Below, piece after piece: positions 1 through 14,255 of a DNA stretch of 64,000 nucleotides. Below the pieces are notes generated by a model. The model did not search any database. It was not told the DNA's origin and was given only the letters and a program-made list of their open reading frames with translations. The number at the start of each line of letters is the position of its first letter. The first letter of the stretch is position 1. Source of the stretch: Octopus vulgaris (lineage: Eukaryota); contig OX597816.1 of the NCBI GenBank assembly GCA_951406725.2, positions 39,246,001-39,310,000 of the forward strand, written 5' to 3'. Position numbers and translations under genes: made by a program.

Positions 1-250
1 TATCCTCATCCATTCTCACCACATGACCATACCAGCGCAGTCATCTCTCTTGCACACCACATCTGATGCTTCTTAGGTCCAACATTTCTCTCAAGGTACT
101 TACACTCTGTCGAGTATGCACACTGACATTACACATCCAGCGAAGCATACTGACTTCATTCCTTGCAAGCTTATGCATGTCCTCAGCAGTCACGGCCCAT
201 GTTTCACTGCCATGTAGCATGGCTGTTTGTACACATGTGTCATACAGTCT
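1..250 (-). mobile_element. RTE-clade LINE ORF2 C-terminal fragment
   Basis: TAMLHGSETW...MLRWMCNV...GVQERRLRWYGHV. Similar fragments lie at ~15130-15610 (-), ~26260-26520 (+) and ~26770-27350 (-). Confidence 0.85.
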
Positions 251-345
251 ATATATATAAACAAGCTTTATTTCCAGATATGTATATAATGCAGTTCTCA
301 AAGTAAAAAAAAAAACAAGTAAAAGAATAAAAGAATATCATCATC

Positions 346-377
<32 letters not shown>

Positions 378-1383
378 TATCTTTATCATCATGATTTTAA
401 TGTCCACTTTTCTATGCTTACATGGGTCAGCTGAAGTTTACTGAGACAAATTTTCTATGGTCAGATATCCTTCTTACCACCAACCCTCACCTACTTCCAA
501 GTATCATAATATTTCCTCATGGAGAGACATTTTTCAACAGAATTTTGGAAATAAATGATATACATTTACAACAATCACAATGTGAAGACAAGGAGACACA
601 CACACACACTCACCCACACTTATATATTTATTTCTTTATTGCCCTCAAGGGAGCTAAACATAGAGGGGACAAACAAGGACAGATAAGGGGATCAAGTCGA
701 TTACATCGACTCCAGTGCGTAACTGGTACTTGTTTAATCGACCCCGAAAGGATGAAAGGTAAAGTCGACCTTGGTGGAATTTGAACTCACAACGTAACGA
801 CAGATGAAGTACCGCTAAACATTTCGCCCGGCATGCTAACGTTTCTGCCAGCTCACCCCCGCCTTATATATTACATACAGAGTAGGCTTCAAATAACAAA
901 CAATTTTGTTTTTGTTTTTTTTTAGCAATCAACTTTTGAGTACTTTTTGGACATTCTAACAACTAGAGTATTTTAATGCAATACAAAATCAACTCTGGAC
1001 ATATTTGTACACAAAGAGTATTGATACACAACAAAGAATAATCTTAGTTCTCAACTTGCTTCCTGCACCTACTTGCAGTCACATTACTTAAATTATAAAC
1101 TATTTGAACAAATTCTCTTTTATCTATTTCCGGAAATTAGCACCTTTCCTCTCCACTTGAAACAATACTGTTACAAACAAGCCAAAGAAAAGCCTCTGTG
1201 TGGTCACATGACCTTTTGGAAATAACAACCAAATTCCCATTAAATCACGCTTAATCACCCCTAAAGAAAAGAGAGAAAGAGGGAAATTTTTTTTCTAATT
1301 CCATTTTGCTGACACAGAAAAAGAAAGGATACTTTGGACAATGTAGTGCTGAATATATTGTCTCAAATACATGCAAATATATA

Positions 1384-1872
1384 TCATAAATCCTCGAGTA
1401 TAGTCCGCCCTATACTTCTGAAAATCCTAAACCTTGTGTATAATATCCACCCCTTCTCTAACTTGAGTCGTGCGTAATTAAGCCAGCAACACCTAGTCGA
1501 ACAAACACTTCCGCGCATGCGTAATACAATAATGGTGATGTTCTTAACTGTTATATGGGAATGTAAATATGTTTGCAAATTGTTTTTGTTACATGTTATT
1601 CTGTGTTCTGAATACTTTTATTTTAATAAATGTTGCTTACTACAAGTTATGGATAATTCTTTTATGACTTCATTGCTTTCAGGTTTAGCATAAGGTATTT
1701 TCACGCCCAACATCACAAAATGCGTCTGAATAAACATTGCCGGACAGTAAATAGAGACTCAGATATTGCTTAGAAAATATTTTTCATTTTTAACCTCGTA
1801 TATAGTACGCACTAGGGATTTTGAGCTTTAAATTTTGGGTAAAAAATACGGATTATACTCGAGGACTTATGG
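1384..1872. mobile_element. Tc1/mariner-pogo-type MITE with TIRs and TA TSD
   Basis: ta|tcataaatcctcgagtatagtccg ... cggattatactcgaggacttatgg|ta (~24-bp imperfect TIR). No ORF. Confidence 0.8.
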
Positions 1873-2627
1873 TATATAAAAGGTGTAAAAACACCAAATT
1901 TGTTCTAGCACTGGACAGACATTGTGTTTTTACAGTGTTTTTACCATAAGAGAGAATTCCTTTTCTCCACAAACTGAAGTAAATTTGCCTTTAGCAGTTG
2001 AAATATGTCACAAACACATTTTAACCTAAAGTTCACTTATGTCTAAACACTGCTTGGTGCTGATATTACTGTAATATTACTGCAGATGGATGCTGACAGC
2101 TTCATAAAGTGCAGATGGATGCCAGTAGCTCCATAAAGAAGTGCTGATCTCCTAAAGTAGATGGAACACATGGAAGTGGGAGATCCAGGATGCCATGGGA
2201 CAAAGTACTGAAGAACAACCTCAGGACGCTGATCCTTTCGGATGAAATGACAAAGGACCGAAATGCCTGGTGCCTTGCTGTACCCTAGAAGACTCAAACT
2301 CCACAGCAAAAGTGTTAAGTCTACTCCCCCTGGTGAAAAGGATTGGCCTGCAAGAGTCCTGTGCCATGTAAAAAGCACTCATGCCATCGCCACATAGGAG
2401 TGCTCATGTAGTGCAGCATAAAAGCACCCAGCACACTCTGTAAAGTGGTTGGCATTAGGAAGGGTATCCAACCATAGAAACTATGCCATATCAGACTGGA
2501 GCCTGGAGCAGTTCTCTAGCTTGCCAGTTAACCTATGTCAGTCCAATCCATGCCAGCATGAACAATGGACATTAAATGATAATGAGGATATATCTCTCTC
2601 TCTTTCTCTCTCTCACTCTTTCTCTCC

Positions 2628-2662
<35 letters not shown>

Positions 2663-2676
2663 TGTATATGTGTGTA

Positions 2677-2749
<73 letters not shown>

Positions 2750-2779
2750 ATATATATATATACATATATATATATATAC

Positions 2780-2829
<50 letters not shown>

Positions 2830-3189
2830 TAAGCTAAACCAATAATAAGCATTCCCAATTCTGTACTTTATTTATGAATGCATTTTCAATAATACATAGT
2901 TAATAAAAACCTATTTTAAGCTTAGGAACAATTAATTTTTTATTTTTTAATACAATACAGTAAATAAGTAATCTAAATTTATGAATACAATTCGGCGGTG
3001 TTTACTGTACATCAACGCTTTATTTATGAAAGCGGTTTGCGATAAGACATGGTAAAATAAAAATCTTTTTTAAGCTTAAAAACAAATTCAGTAATTATTA
3101 TTATTTTGCAATAGTAAAAAAAACTAGATTATTTTAAATTTATCAATATGTACATACAATTTGGTGGTTTACATCGTGGATGTAGATGG

Positions 3190-3970
3190 CTACGGGTCAT
3201 CAACACCAGCAGCTGACTCTGGCTGTTCTTGTTATTCAATGCACTTAAAAAACTAGTTGAGAGTTCTTTAAACTGTCTTCTTTTCCTCAAGGATTACATC
3301 ATAAGGAGCAAAAGCTTTGTGACAAGCCTCCTTAATCTTGGAAAAGCATTGAGCATTTGGATCTATATCCTCAAACATAGAAAGACCTTTTTCAATATAT
3401 ACAAATACTTGCTGCATTTTCTTAATGATAAAGTGATATGGCTCAGGTTCAACTACCTCTTCTTTATTTTGCTACTCATGAAGCTCTATTAAATCCTCGT
3501 TCATCTGGGGCTGCTTGTCTTTTTCAAATAATACAGTACTTCTCTGCTGCTGCTGGGATAAAATGATTGAAGAACCACTCTTCAAAAACAACGACAGTAA
3601 CCCATGAGCCTTTGAATTAGCCATCCATATAACAGGGAGAGATGCCTTGGGTATGTTCTTCAGGGCATGGGGGTTATGTGCATGATACACAAGCAATGGC
3701 TTTAACTGAAAATCTCCTGCACAATTACCTCCTAACATAATGGTCGCATATTCTTTTGAGACCTTGTAGCCTGGAATAGTTTTCTTCTCCTTGGAAATGA
3801 ATGAATGGTCTGGCAGTTTTTTCCAATACAATCCAGTTTTGTCTATGCTGAAAATCTGTTCGGTAAGGAACCTGTTTTCTTCAATGATTTTCTTTAATGC
3901 ATTAGGAAATTCCACTGCTGCTTATTTGTCAACTGATGCACTTTCACCTTGCTTCTTAATGGAGTGATAA
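3190..3970 (-). mobile_element. Tigger/pogo-like DDE transposase pseudogene
   Basis: ORF 3472-3915: QIFSIDKTGLYWKKLP..FISKE...PGYKVSKE..TIMLGGNCAGDFQLKPLLVYH..NPHALKN...LPVIWMANSKA, characteristic of Tigger/CENP-B-family transposases. Frameshifted. Confidence 0.88.
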
Positions 3971-3974
3971 CTTC

Positions 3975-4068
3975 TTCGCCAACCTCCAACAACCTCTTTC
4001 ACTAACCTCCAACAATCTTTTTTGCCAACCTCCAGAAACCTCTCTCGCCAACCTCCAAAAATCTCTCC
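3975..4068. repeat. ~23-bp tandem repeat, 4 copies (cgccaacctccaacaacctct-like)
   Basis: Four spaced aacctcca cores seen directly. Confidence 0.75.
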
Positions 4069-4236
4069 TTCCTCCAGCTGACAGTTTTTGTACTTTTTCA
4101 TGACAGAAAATACACCTTTTGTGGCAGTTATAAAGAAATTGCCTTCTTATATCAGAGTAATAAGGTGTTTCAATAGAACATCTTTACTCCCAGGAATTAC
4201 CAAGTATGCCATCTAGTTTATATGTGTGTATGTGCG

Positions 4237-4286
<50 letters not shown>

Positions 4287-4342
4287 TTTGTATGTGTGTG
4301 TATGTGTGTGTGTGTGTGTGTGTATGTGTGTGTGTGTGTGTT

Positions 4343-4397
<55 letters not shown>

Positions 4398-4400
4398 ATT

Positions 4401-4941
4401 AATAGAAATGGCTTATCTGATAATTTTTCTGCTTTAATAATTAGAGGCCTATAAGGTGGTGAGCTGACAGAAACGTTTGCTTGCCAGGCCAAATGCTTAG
4501 CAGTATTTCATCTGTCTTTATGTTCTGAGTTCAAATTCCCCTGAGATCAACTTTGACTTTCATCCTTTCGGGGTTGATAAATTAAGTACCAGCTGCATTT
4601 TGGGGTCGATCTAATTGACTGGCCCTCTCCACAAAAACTTCAGGCCTTGTGCCTAGAGTAGAAATGAATAATTAGATGTTTATAAGTTATTAGGTGTTTT
4701 CAAAAGTGACTCTGGTAGGAGTTCTTTTTCAAACTGTTTACTCTTTTACTTGTTTCATCATTTGACTGTGACCATGCTGGAGCACCGCCTTTAATCACGC
4801 AACTCGACCCCAGGACTTATTCTTTTGTAAGACCAGTACTTATTCTATCGGTCTCTTTTGCCGAACCGCTAAGTAACGGGGACATAAACACACCAGCATC
4901 GGTTGTCAAGCCATGCTAGTGGGACAAACACAGACACACAA

Positions 4942-4974
<33 letters not shown>

Positions 4975-5371
4975 CATATATACGACGGGCTTCTTTCAGT
5001 TTCCGTCTACCAAATCCACTCACAAGGCTTTGGTCGGCCCGAGGCTATAGTAGAAGACACTTGCCCAAGATGCCACGCAGTGGGACTGAACCCGGAACCA
5101 TGTGGTTGGTAAACAAGCTACTTACCACACAGCCACTCCTGCGAAAACTCTTTTTCTCAAAAAGGCCAAGTGAAAATAATGTTTTCTTTTGACACATTCT
5201 ACCAGTATACGAAGTTTCAAATTGTTTAGTTAACTAGAAATTCCGTCCATCAAAAGGAAAAGATCCAGAAACTCTTCTAAACTCTGTCCAGAGACACTTT
5301 TCTAAACACCTTGTAACTTACAAACATCTAATTATTAAAGTGGAAAAATTATCAGAAAAGTCATTTCTATT
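4401..5371. mobile_element. Foldback element with ~90-bp inverted arms, interrupted by two SINEs
   Basis: The left arm aatagaaatggcttatctgataatttttctgctttaataattaga (continuing after the SINE at ~4668) matches the reverse complement of 5280-5371. Confidence 0.7.
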
Positions 5372-5432
5372 GGGTTTACTTTACCATTTCTTTTTCGAGG
5401 TACCAAGGACTTTCTATTTCTTATTCTACTAT

Positions 5433-5491
<59 letters not shown>

Positions 5492-5761
5492 CACGCATGC
5501 ATGCACTAAAATAAATTATCTCAGATGACAGAAAGATTCCCAGAAAGCTACGGCATTGGTTGAGTGTATGCCCCAAACGACCACAATGCGGTGGGGGAGG
5601 GGGATAAACTTGTCTAGAATATTTACTGTTTTGAGTAAGACATATGACTCTGACAGGCACTGATAAAGTTATGTAGCCTACATAAAAATCTGTGTTGTTA
5701 AGTGTTGCATTCTAGAAAATGACTGACTATAGCTAAACCAGAATATTTCTATTGATAGCTC

Positions 5762-5815
<54 letters not shown>

Positions 5816-6136
5816 AAAGAGACTTGTCACTAGAGGAAGTAGGATAAGTGACTGTGTGGGAAGATACTGTTTTTTCACTTTTGTGAAAGTCAGAGGAGGA
5901 GGGGAAGGAAAGAGTTAATGCCAGGGAAATTTTTTCTTTATTTTTTTTTGTGTTAGTGATCACTAACTCTTTGACAATTTCTGTCTGGTACCCAAATGTC
6001 TCAGATAATGGTAATATAAGTACTCAGTCAGATATTAAGAAAAAAAATAAACAGAAAAAAAAAGTATGGCTTGGCAGTCTTTTAGACAGTAGGAAAGCAC
6101 CCTTTTGCGAAAGCAGAAATATTTTCTACTTAATTA

Positions 6137-6870
6137 AAACTACCAGATTTTAACGTGTACCCGTGTACCCGGCGTTGCCTGAGGCTGTTTGTTAAATACG
6201 CCTGTTTCGTTATTAGACCATTCACAGATGCACCCCTGAACTGAATGAAAGAAATTATAATGGCAGATGTTCCCTGTGTTGTTTGATTTATTTAGTGCAA
6301 TAGTGAACATGCAGAGTCATATGCTCACACCATTGTCATTGTTTTCCATTGGGACAGTAGGTCGATATGTACCCCCCACCCCGGCAGGAATTGAGTTTAT
6401 TTTGCTTACCACATAACTGCTGATATGTGCTGTTTAGCAGATGGAAAGGTTGAGCCTAAAGGTATGACATAAAGAGAAATAGAATGTTTACCTGCTGTTT
6501 CACTAGGTTGCACATACAACATTATCTGAAGAAAAAATTTGACGTGTGGCCCGTGCAAAAAAGATGAAAAGTGTAGTATCTGTTGCCTACCTCACAATTG
6601 GGGACACTTAACAGAGAGCATACTGTGAAGATTATGCTAATGAAATAAATAAGGTGACATGGGTATGGTTACCTGATGTTTTCCTGTTTGCCACATTGAG
6701 CAACATCCGTTGTTGTCTTTCCCCTGTAGTCTCTGTAGTGATCGCAGCAGCAGTTGCTGCAGCATCCCTTGTAAGTCAATCTGCATGTTGTGCTGCAGTC
6801 TCTGCAGCTTGTGCAACAGCAGTTAAGGAAGCATCTCTTGTAAGTCAAACTGCATGTTGTCCTATCCACT
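6137..6870 (-). mobile_element. Degenerate Helitron-like fragment
   Basis: Minus-strand end ...ggcaacgccgggtac...ggtagt resembles the Helitron subterminal hairpin seen at 34348-34375. 6670-6860 encodes Ala/Glu/Thr-rich ETAAQHAD*LTRD repeats resembling Helitron N-terminal repeats. Confidence 0.5.
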
Positions 6871-6879
6871 AACATCTCA

Positions 6880-7672
6880 ACCAAACTGGCAAAACATACA
6901 AGGAGGGAATTTAGATCCCACATGAGCTTATGCTTAAGAACCAAACACAAAGTTCCACCATCTGAGGCAGTCTTCTAGCCAGGAATAACAACCTGTCATT
7001 ACTACTGTGCATTGTTACCGGTGATGAAAAATGAGTTTTGCATCACAACAGAAAACAAAAAAGGCAGTGGTTATCACATAATGAGACGCCAGTGCCAACA
7101 CCAAAATTATAACTCTGTCCACAAAAATCCTTATCCTGTGTTTGGCAGAACATGAAAGGTATCATCCATTATGAGCTACTGGAACATGGAAGGAACATCA
7201 ATGCAGATGTCTATTGTCAACAACTTGATTGTGTAATTGAAAAATTACTTCGAAAGTGGCCAGCTTTGGTAAGCGGAAGAGGTGTTATTCTTCAACATGA
7301 CAATGCATGTCCACACTCTTCAAAACAAACCCAAGTAAAAATAAAATAATTAGGATGGAAAGTCCTTCCACATCCTCCATAATCACCTGGTTTAACACCT
7401 ATGGTTTACCATCTGTTCCAAACTCTAGAATATTTTACAAGAGGCAAAACAACCAGAAACAGAGAGGAAGCTGAAAACAGTCTTTCAGACTTTATTCAAG
7501 AAAAGGAATAGGTTTCTTTGAATATGGCATAAAAACATTACTTTCCCATTAGGCTGCAGATGTTGAAAATGAAGGTGATTACATTCTTGAATAAAACCAT
7601 TCAGATAAGAGAAGTTTACATTCGTTTTTATATCCTTTCTGGTAAAACACAATTACTTTCTGAACACTGTAA
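6880..7672 (+). mobile_element. mariner (DD34D) transposase pseudogene, 3' part
   Basis: IVTGDEK*, GIIHYELL, ILQHDNACPH and HPP*SPGLTPMVYHLF motifs, with stops. Confidence 0.88.
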
Positions 7673-8092
7673 TGCATATACTCTTTACTCTTTTACTTGT
7701 TTCAGTCATTTGACTGCAGCCATGCTGGAGCACCGCCTTTAGTCGAGCAAATCGACCCCGGGACTTATTCTTTGTAAGCCCAGTACTTATTCTATCGGTC
7801 TCTTTTGCCGAACCACTAAGTGACGGGGACGTAAACACACCAGCATCGGTTGTCAAGCAATGCTAGGGGGACAAACACAGACACGCAAACATATACACAC
7901 ACACTCATACATATATATATATACATATATATGACAGGCTTCTTTCAGTTTCCATCTACCAAATCCACTCACAAGGCATTGATCAGCCCGGGGCTATAGC
8001 AGAAGACACTTGCCCAAGATGCCACGCAGTGGGACTGAACCTGGGACCATGTGGTTGGTAAGCAAGCTACTTACCACACAGCCACTCCTGCG

Positions 8093-8133
<41 letters not shown>

Positions 8134-11101
8134 GACAGGCTTCTTCCACTTTCCATCTACCAAATCCACTCACAAGGCTTTGGTCAGCTCGAGGCTATAA
8201 TAGAAGACACTTACCCAAGGTGTCACACAGTGGGACTGAACCCAGAATTATGACATTGGAAAGCAAGCTTCTTATGCCTGCATGAGCACCAAGCAGTAAT
8301 GAAGAATAAACAAATGTTAGGTTAGTTAAAATATGTCTGTGACACATTTTGACTTCTAAAGGAAAATTAACAATAGGTACTCTTTTACTTGTTTCAGTCA
8401 TTTGACTGCGACCATGCAGTCGAGGAAATCAACCTCAGGACTTATTCTGTCGGTTTCTTTTGCCAAACCGCTAAATTACGGGGACACAAACACACCAGCA
8501 TCGGTTGGAGATGGGGATAAACACACACACACACACATATATATATATACATATACATATATACAATGGGTTTCTTTCAGTTTCCGTCTACCAAGTCCAC
8601 TCACAAGGCTTTGGTCGGCCCGAGGCTACAGTAGAAGACACTTGCCGAAGGTGCCATGCAGTGGGACGGAACCTGGACCCATGTAGTTCGTAAGCAAGCT
8701 ACTTACCATACAGCCACTCCTGCACCTAGAAATAAAATTCCCTCTTGTGGTAAAAAGTGTAAAACACCATATTTGCCCAGTGCTTCCCTCTAGCAGATTC
8801 CCAGATATGCATTTCTGGCTCTTTAGCCTTCCTTAATGGGAAATGCCAAAGAGAGATAACCCTGGGTAGATCCAAAGCCATAACTTTATCTAATCCAGTC
8901 ACTGACTTTGACTGCTTTTCAGAAAGAGCTACAGCAGTTAGCATGACCAAAACTTTTGACACCAAATAAAAAGTGCTTAAGTGAAGTTAACAGTCCTTGT
9001 GTACTTTGGAATGGCTAATATGAGCCTTTCACATGGTAATTGTTTTAGTTTCAGTACAAAGTCTCATTCAAATAGTTAACCAGACAGGTACATCTCTAAA
9101 ATTCACAATTTAATTGAAATAATATGGCATAAGACTCCAGATAAGGCTTCTCAGGTAGTCACTGGCTAGGGCAGAGGAACCTGCTCAGGTCAACAGCCTA
9201 ATTATTCAGGGTCAAGTATCTCAGGTAGATGCATACGGTTGTGACTAACAGCTTGGAAAAGAAGGTGGGAGTCACCAAGCTAACTTGCACATGATACACT
9301 TGATGATGACAACCAGACTAGAACCCATGCCAGATCAGTCATCAGTCAATACCCTAGTGTTCAAGGTCAAGATATGTCTCAGGTAGAAGGCGGCAAGCTG
9401 GCAGAATCGTTAGCACGCCAGGCGAAATGCTTAGCGGCATTTCGTCTGCCGCCACGTTCTGAGTTCAAATTCCACCGAGGTTGACTTTGCCTTTCATCCT
9501 TTTGGGGTCGATAAATTAAGTACCAATTACGCACTGGGGTCAATATAATCGACTTAATCCGTTTGTCTGTCCTTGTTTGTCCCCTCTGTGTTTAGCCCCT
9601 TGTGGGTAGTAAAGAAATAGGTCGAGATTCTCAGGTAGAGGGATACAGTTGTGGCTAATAGCCTGAAGAAGAAAGGGGCCTACCAAGCTAACTTACACAT
9701 GATACAGTCAATGATGACAACCTGACTAGAACCCATACCAGATTAGTCATTGCCTGGGTTTAACATCAAAGAGTGGACAGGTCTCAGTTTTACCAACTCA
9801 CAGAGGGCAGCAGAAGACCAAGAGACGTGACAAAATCTGATGGTAACATCATCAATGACTGCCCCAATTACCACATAGTCAAGGGATAGGAAGAAAGGAA
9901 AACAGCATAAACTGAGCATTAAAGTAAGTTTAGTCTGCACGTGAGAAGTTTTCCATAACCCTATAGTACCTGCTATATTTGCTATCCTAATACTAACTCT
10001 TCAACATTCATATTACTCTGTCAAATGTAATGCTTATATATTCACATTGTTTTCAATTAACCATTCATCATCTCATAGTCTTTTTTATTCTTTTACTCTT
10101 TTACTTGTTTCACTCATTTGACTGCGGCCATGCTGGAGCACCACTTTTAGTCTAGCAAATAGACCCCAGGACTTATTCTTTGGAAGCCTAGTACTTATTC
10201 TATCGGTCTCTTTTTGCCAAACCACTAAGTTACGGGGACATAAACACATCACCATCAGTTGTCAAGTGATGTTGGGGGGACAAACATATACACACACACA
10301 TACATAAATATATATACATATATACGACAGGCTTCTTTCAGTTTCCATCTACCAAATACACTCACAAGGCTTTGGTTGGCCCGAGGCTATAGTAGAAAAC
10401 ACTTGCCCAAGGTGCCATGCAGTGGGAATGAACCCGTAACCATGTGATTGGTAAACAAGCTACTTACCACACAACCACTCCTGCACCTTCATAGCTTGAA
10501 GATTTTGATGATGTGATTTTTTTATTTTTAGAATGACATTGTAGGATAGATGAACATAAAACAAGTAGGATATTTGGGCCTGATGTGGCCAGTTTAAATG
10601 CTGAAGTATTAAAAGCAAAAGTAAAACCTGCATGATTTTACTTAATCCTTGGACCAGAAATAGAACCAAATATTGAACAAAACATTTCTGTAATTCCACA
10701 AAATGGATTAGAACAAACCAAGTTTAGAGAAAGTTACTAATGCAAAATCTTCACTCACTTAGAGTATTGCTAGACATTTTAAGAATTTCCATGAATCTCC
10801 TTAGAATAAAAACCTGTCAGACAAACAGATTTATGTCATATTAATATAAAAACAGAAAACATCTATTCAGGGAAATTTCCATCTGACTGATTCAAGAAGA
10901 ATTAGATAGTTTTCAGTAAACAATTGTAAATGTGATATTTGTAGCACAATCAATTACTGAGAAGGACTAAATCTTCAAAATTCCATTGATTATATTGATT
11001 CAATTTAAGTGACATTAAGAATTTTAGTGATGTAATAGAAATAAGATTAAGTTATTGAAAAATTAAATAGCATGTATATTTCTAGCTGATTTTGTAAGTA
11101 T

Positions 11102-11169
<68 letters not shown>

Positions 11170-11552
11170 TTAACATCTGTTGTCTTTGCTGGCATGGGTT
11201 GAATGGTTTGACCAGAGCCAGTAAACTGAGGGGCTGCACCAGACTCTAGACTAATTTGGTATAGTGTCTATGGCTTGATGCCCTTCCTACAGCCAACCAC
11301 TCTAAGAGTGTAATGGGTGCTTTGATATGCCACCAGTATGGGCGCCAATTGCATGACACCAGTATCTGCCATGATGACAATTTCACTTGGCTTGATGGGT
11401 TTTCTTCTCAAGCATAGCATATTACCAAAGGTCTCAGTCATTTGTCATTGCCTCCGTGAGGCCCAACGCTCGAAAGGTGCTTTTTACATGCCACCGGCAT
11501 GGGTGCTGGTTACATGACACTGACACCAGCCACATTGCCTTTGTGATGAATA

Positions 11553-12725
11553 TATTGGGTCATCCCATAAATAATGCAGTTTTTTAATTGCATGAACTAT
11601 AAGTCAAATTGGGATGGGATAAACTACCCACATCAACTTGCTGTAAAAGCAGGTAGTAATTTTACCTAGCACTTATTCTTAGAGCAAGTTTTGAAGAGTG
11701 CAGTTCGATTGTAGCAGTTATTTTTTCAAAGCTATAATGGAAGTCACAAAGGAGCATATTTAGCATATTTTGCTTTATGAATTCAATAAAGGCAACAACG
11801 CAACGAATAGTGCGAGGAATATTAGTGCAGTATATAGGGATCAGACAATAAGCATAAGCCAGTGTCAATGGTGATTCTAGAAATTCTGAGCCAGAAACTA
11901 CAGCCTAGAAGACAAGCCTTGTCCTGGAAGATCTGCAGAGCTCAACGTCCTGCAAACCCTGGTGGGACAAAATCTCATCATAATTGTTGAGGAACTAGCA
12001 GAGAAGCTTGGATTTGGTCAGTCAACTATTCATTGACACCTGCACACCTTCAGAAAAGTCAGCAAATTGGGTCAATGGGTTTCTCACAAACCTTCCAAAT
12101 CTAATTGCATGCAGAGAGGGAAAGTGCGCTCTTCTTTGCTTTCACATCTCACAAATAAACCTGTTTTGGACCAAATAGTAACTGGTGATGAGAAACAGGT
12201 TCTCTATAAAAATGTCAAACGCTGAAGACAGTGGGTAGGGAAAGGAGAAACACTAGCACCCCAGGCTAAAGGTCTGCACGTAGCTTGAGCGGCTTAAGTC
12301 AGCGCTAGAAGAAAAACAACTGTCTTTGGTTACAAGATGAAAGGTGTTCTTCCATCAGGATAATGCTCAGCCACATACAGCAAAGATGACATTTCAAAGG
12401 CTGGAGCAGTTTGAATGGGAAACGATGCCCCGCCCACCATATTCACCAGACATTGCCCCATCTGATTATCATTTATTCCACAGTCTTCAAAATCGTTTGG
12501 ATGGAAAAAAATATGAATTTTGTAGGCGAGGTTAGAACAGTAGTGGAGGAGTATTTTTCAACTGAATTTTGGAAGAGGGGCCTTGCAAGTCTACAAGATA
12601 GATGTAAGAGCATTGTAGAAAATAAAGGAAAGTATATTTTAGATTAAAAAAGAACTATTTTTAATCTTAATTTTGAAAAATAAAAGAAGTATAAAAAACC
12701 GCATTATTTTGGGGATGACCCAGTA
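11553..12725 (+). mobile_element. Near-complete defective mariner element with TIRs
   Basis: TIR tattgggtcatcccataaataatgcagtttttt / aaaaaaccgcattattttggggatgacccagta, TA-flanked. Transposase motifs ILLYEF, TGDEK, HQDNAQPH, PYSPDIAPSDYHLF. Has stops and an internal deletion. Confidence 0.92.
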
Positions 12726-12757
12726 TATATATGTGTGTGTATATATATATATATATA

Positions 12758-12892
<135 letters not shown>

Positions 12893-13027
12893 TGGCTGTG
12901 TGGTAAGTAGCTTGCTTACCAACTACATGGTCCTGGGTTCAGTCCCACTGTGCGGTACCTTGGGCAAGTGTCTTCCACTATAGCCTTGTGAGTGGATTTG
13001 GTAGATGGAAACTGAAAGAAGCCTCTC

Positions 13028-13059
<32 letters not shown>

Positions 13060-13066
13060 ATATATA

Positions 13067-13125
<59 letters not shown>

Positions 13126-13156
13126 ATATATATATATAATAGTAGGGAATACACAC

Positions 13157-14255
13157 ACACACATGACAGAAGTAAATAGACACCCTTATAATCATAAAAA
13201 TTTATTTAAATCTGAAATTATACATTCAAATCATTTATTAATTGTTATAATGTGAATAGTTAATATTTAATAGACATGCCCTTTGCATTTTTTTAATGAA
13301 AGGACTCTGTTAGTCATGTTAATGATCAGATGACGATTATTCTCTTGAAGAATTTCTTGCCAAGTTTCATGCAGTAATCTCAAAAGATCTGGCTTTGAAG
13401 ATGCTTTCTTGTTCTTTTTATGAAGTGTCCTGTCCATTATGCCCCAGATGTGTTCAATAGGGTTCATATCTGGTGATTAGCTCGTTCATGGAAGCTTTTT
13501 AATGCCATTCTCTTTCAACAAATCTTGGGTCATTTTAGCCGCATAACAAGGAGCCCCATCTTCCATGAGTAAAGAGTCTAATCATTTCACCACTTGAGAA
13601 GATTGGAAGGAGTTCTTTCTGCATTATGGACATATATTTATCTGAATTTATGTTTCCTTCACACTCCACCACCTCTGATTGATCATTACTCCAAATTGCT
13701 CCCCAGACCATCACAGAATAGCTGCCATGTTTCATTGTTGGCTGCAATCTTTTCACATCAAATTCTTGATTACAGAACCTCCAGACCCACACTCAACCAC
13801 TGTCAGAAAATACAGCGAATCTAGACTCATTGGAGAATATGAGAGTGTCTCAAAATGCTAGTGGCCTTTCCCCCATCTCACTGGCCAAATCTTTTCTCCA
13901 CTTGATATTGGCAGGTCAAAGAAGTGGCTTCCTTCTTGTTGCTCTGCCATAGTAACCAAGTTTGTAGAGATACCTGATATCAACTTGTTCTGCTTTGTCA
14001 GAGGTCTTGCAATGAGGATTATCCTCTCCACTTCTCTTAAGAAAGAGAAGGGTCCTGTCAGAGGTCAACCTGGGCAAGGTGATGTGGACTCTGTCCCCTC
14101 TTTGGTGAAGTGCACAATCACTCCATTAATTGTAGAAAGTGGGATCCAAGGTTTTCTGCAATTTTACATGAAGTCCACCTTCAGAATGACCCACAATATG
14201 GCCTCTTTTAAATTCAGACAGTTCCAACGCTTCTTTTGTACATGGCATGATTAAA
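13157..14255 (-). mobile_element. Tc1-like (DD34E) transposase pseudogene
   Basis: ELSEFKRGHIVG, PTMKHGSYSVMVWGAI, EDGAPC and SPDMNPIEHIW motifs, spread across frames. Confidence 0.88.

Noticed and set aside
2449-2858. Many 60-160 aa ORFs rich in YI/CV/TH/ER dipeptides, here and throughout the track
   Set aside because: They are translations of (TA)n, (TG)n, (AG)n and (TACA)n microsatellites, which lack stops in some frames.
6410-6525. Two apparent minus-strand mini-exons with good AG/GT sites (6492-6525 and 6410-6455)
   Set aside because: The implied intron is only 36 nt, the peptide is unrecognisable, and the region lies in a probable Helitron remnant.
6669-6950. Cys-rich metallothionein-like ORF on the minus strand
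   Set aside because: It is better explained as an alternative frame of the Ala-rich (GCT/GCA) repeat in the Helitron-like fragment, and its start overlaps mariner sequence.
8726-8965. 79-aa minus-strand ORF as a possible host exon; divergent upstream gene in 1-22200
   Set aside because: No recognisable homology or consistent splice chain. Small or non-coding exons cannot be excluded by eye.
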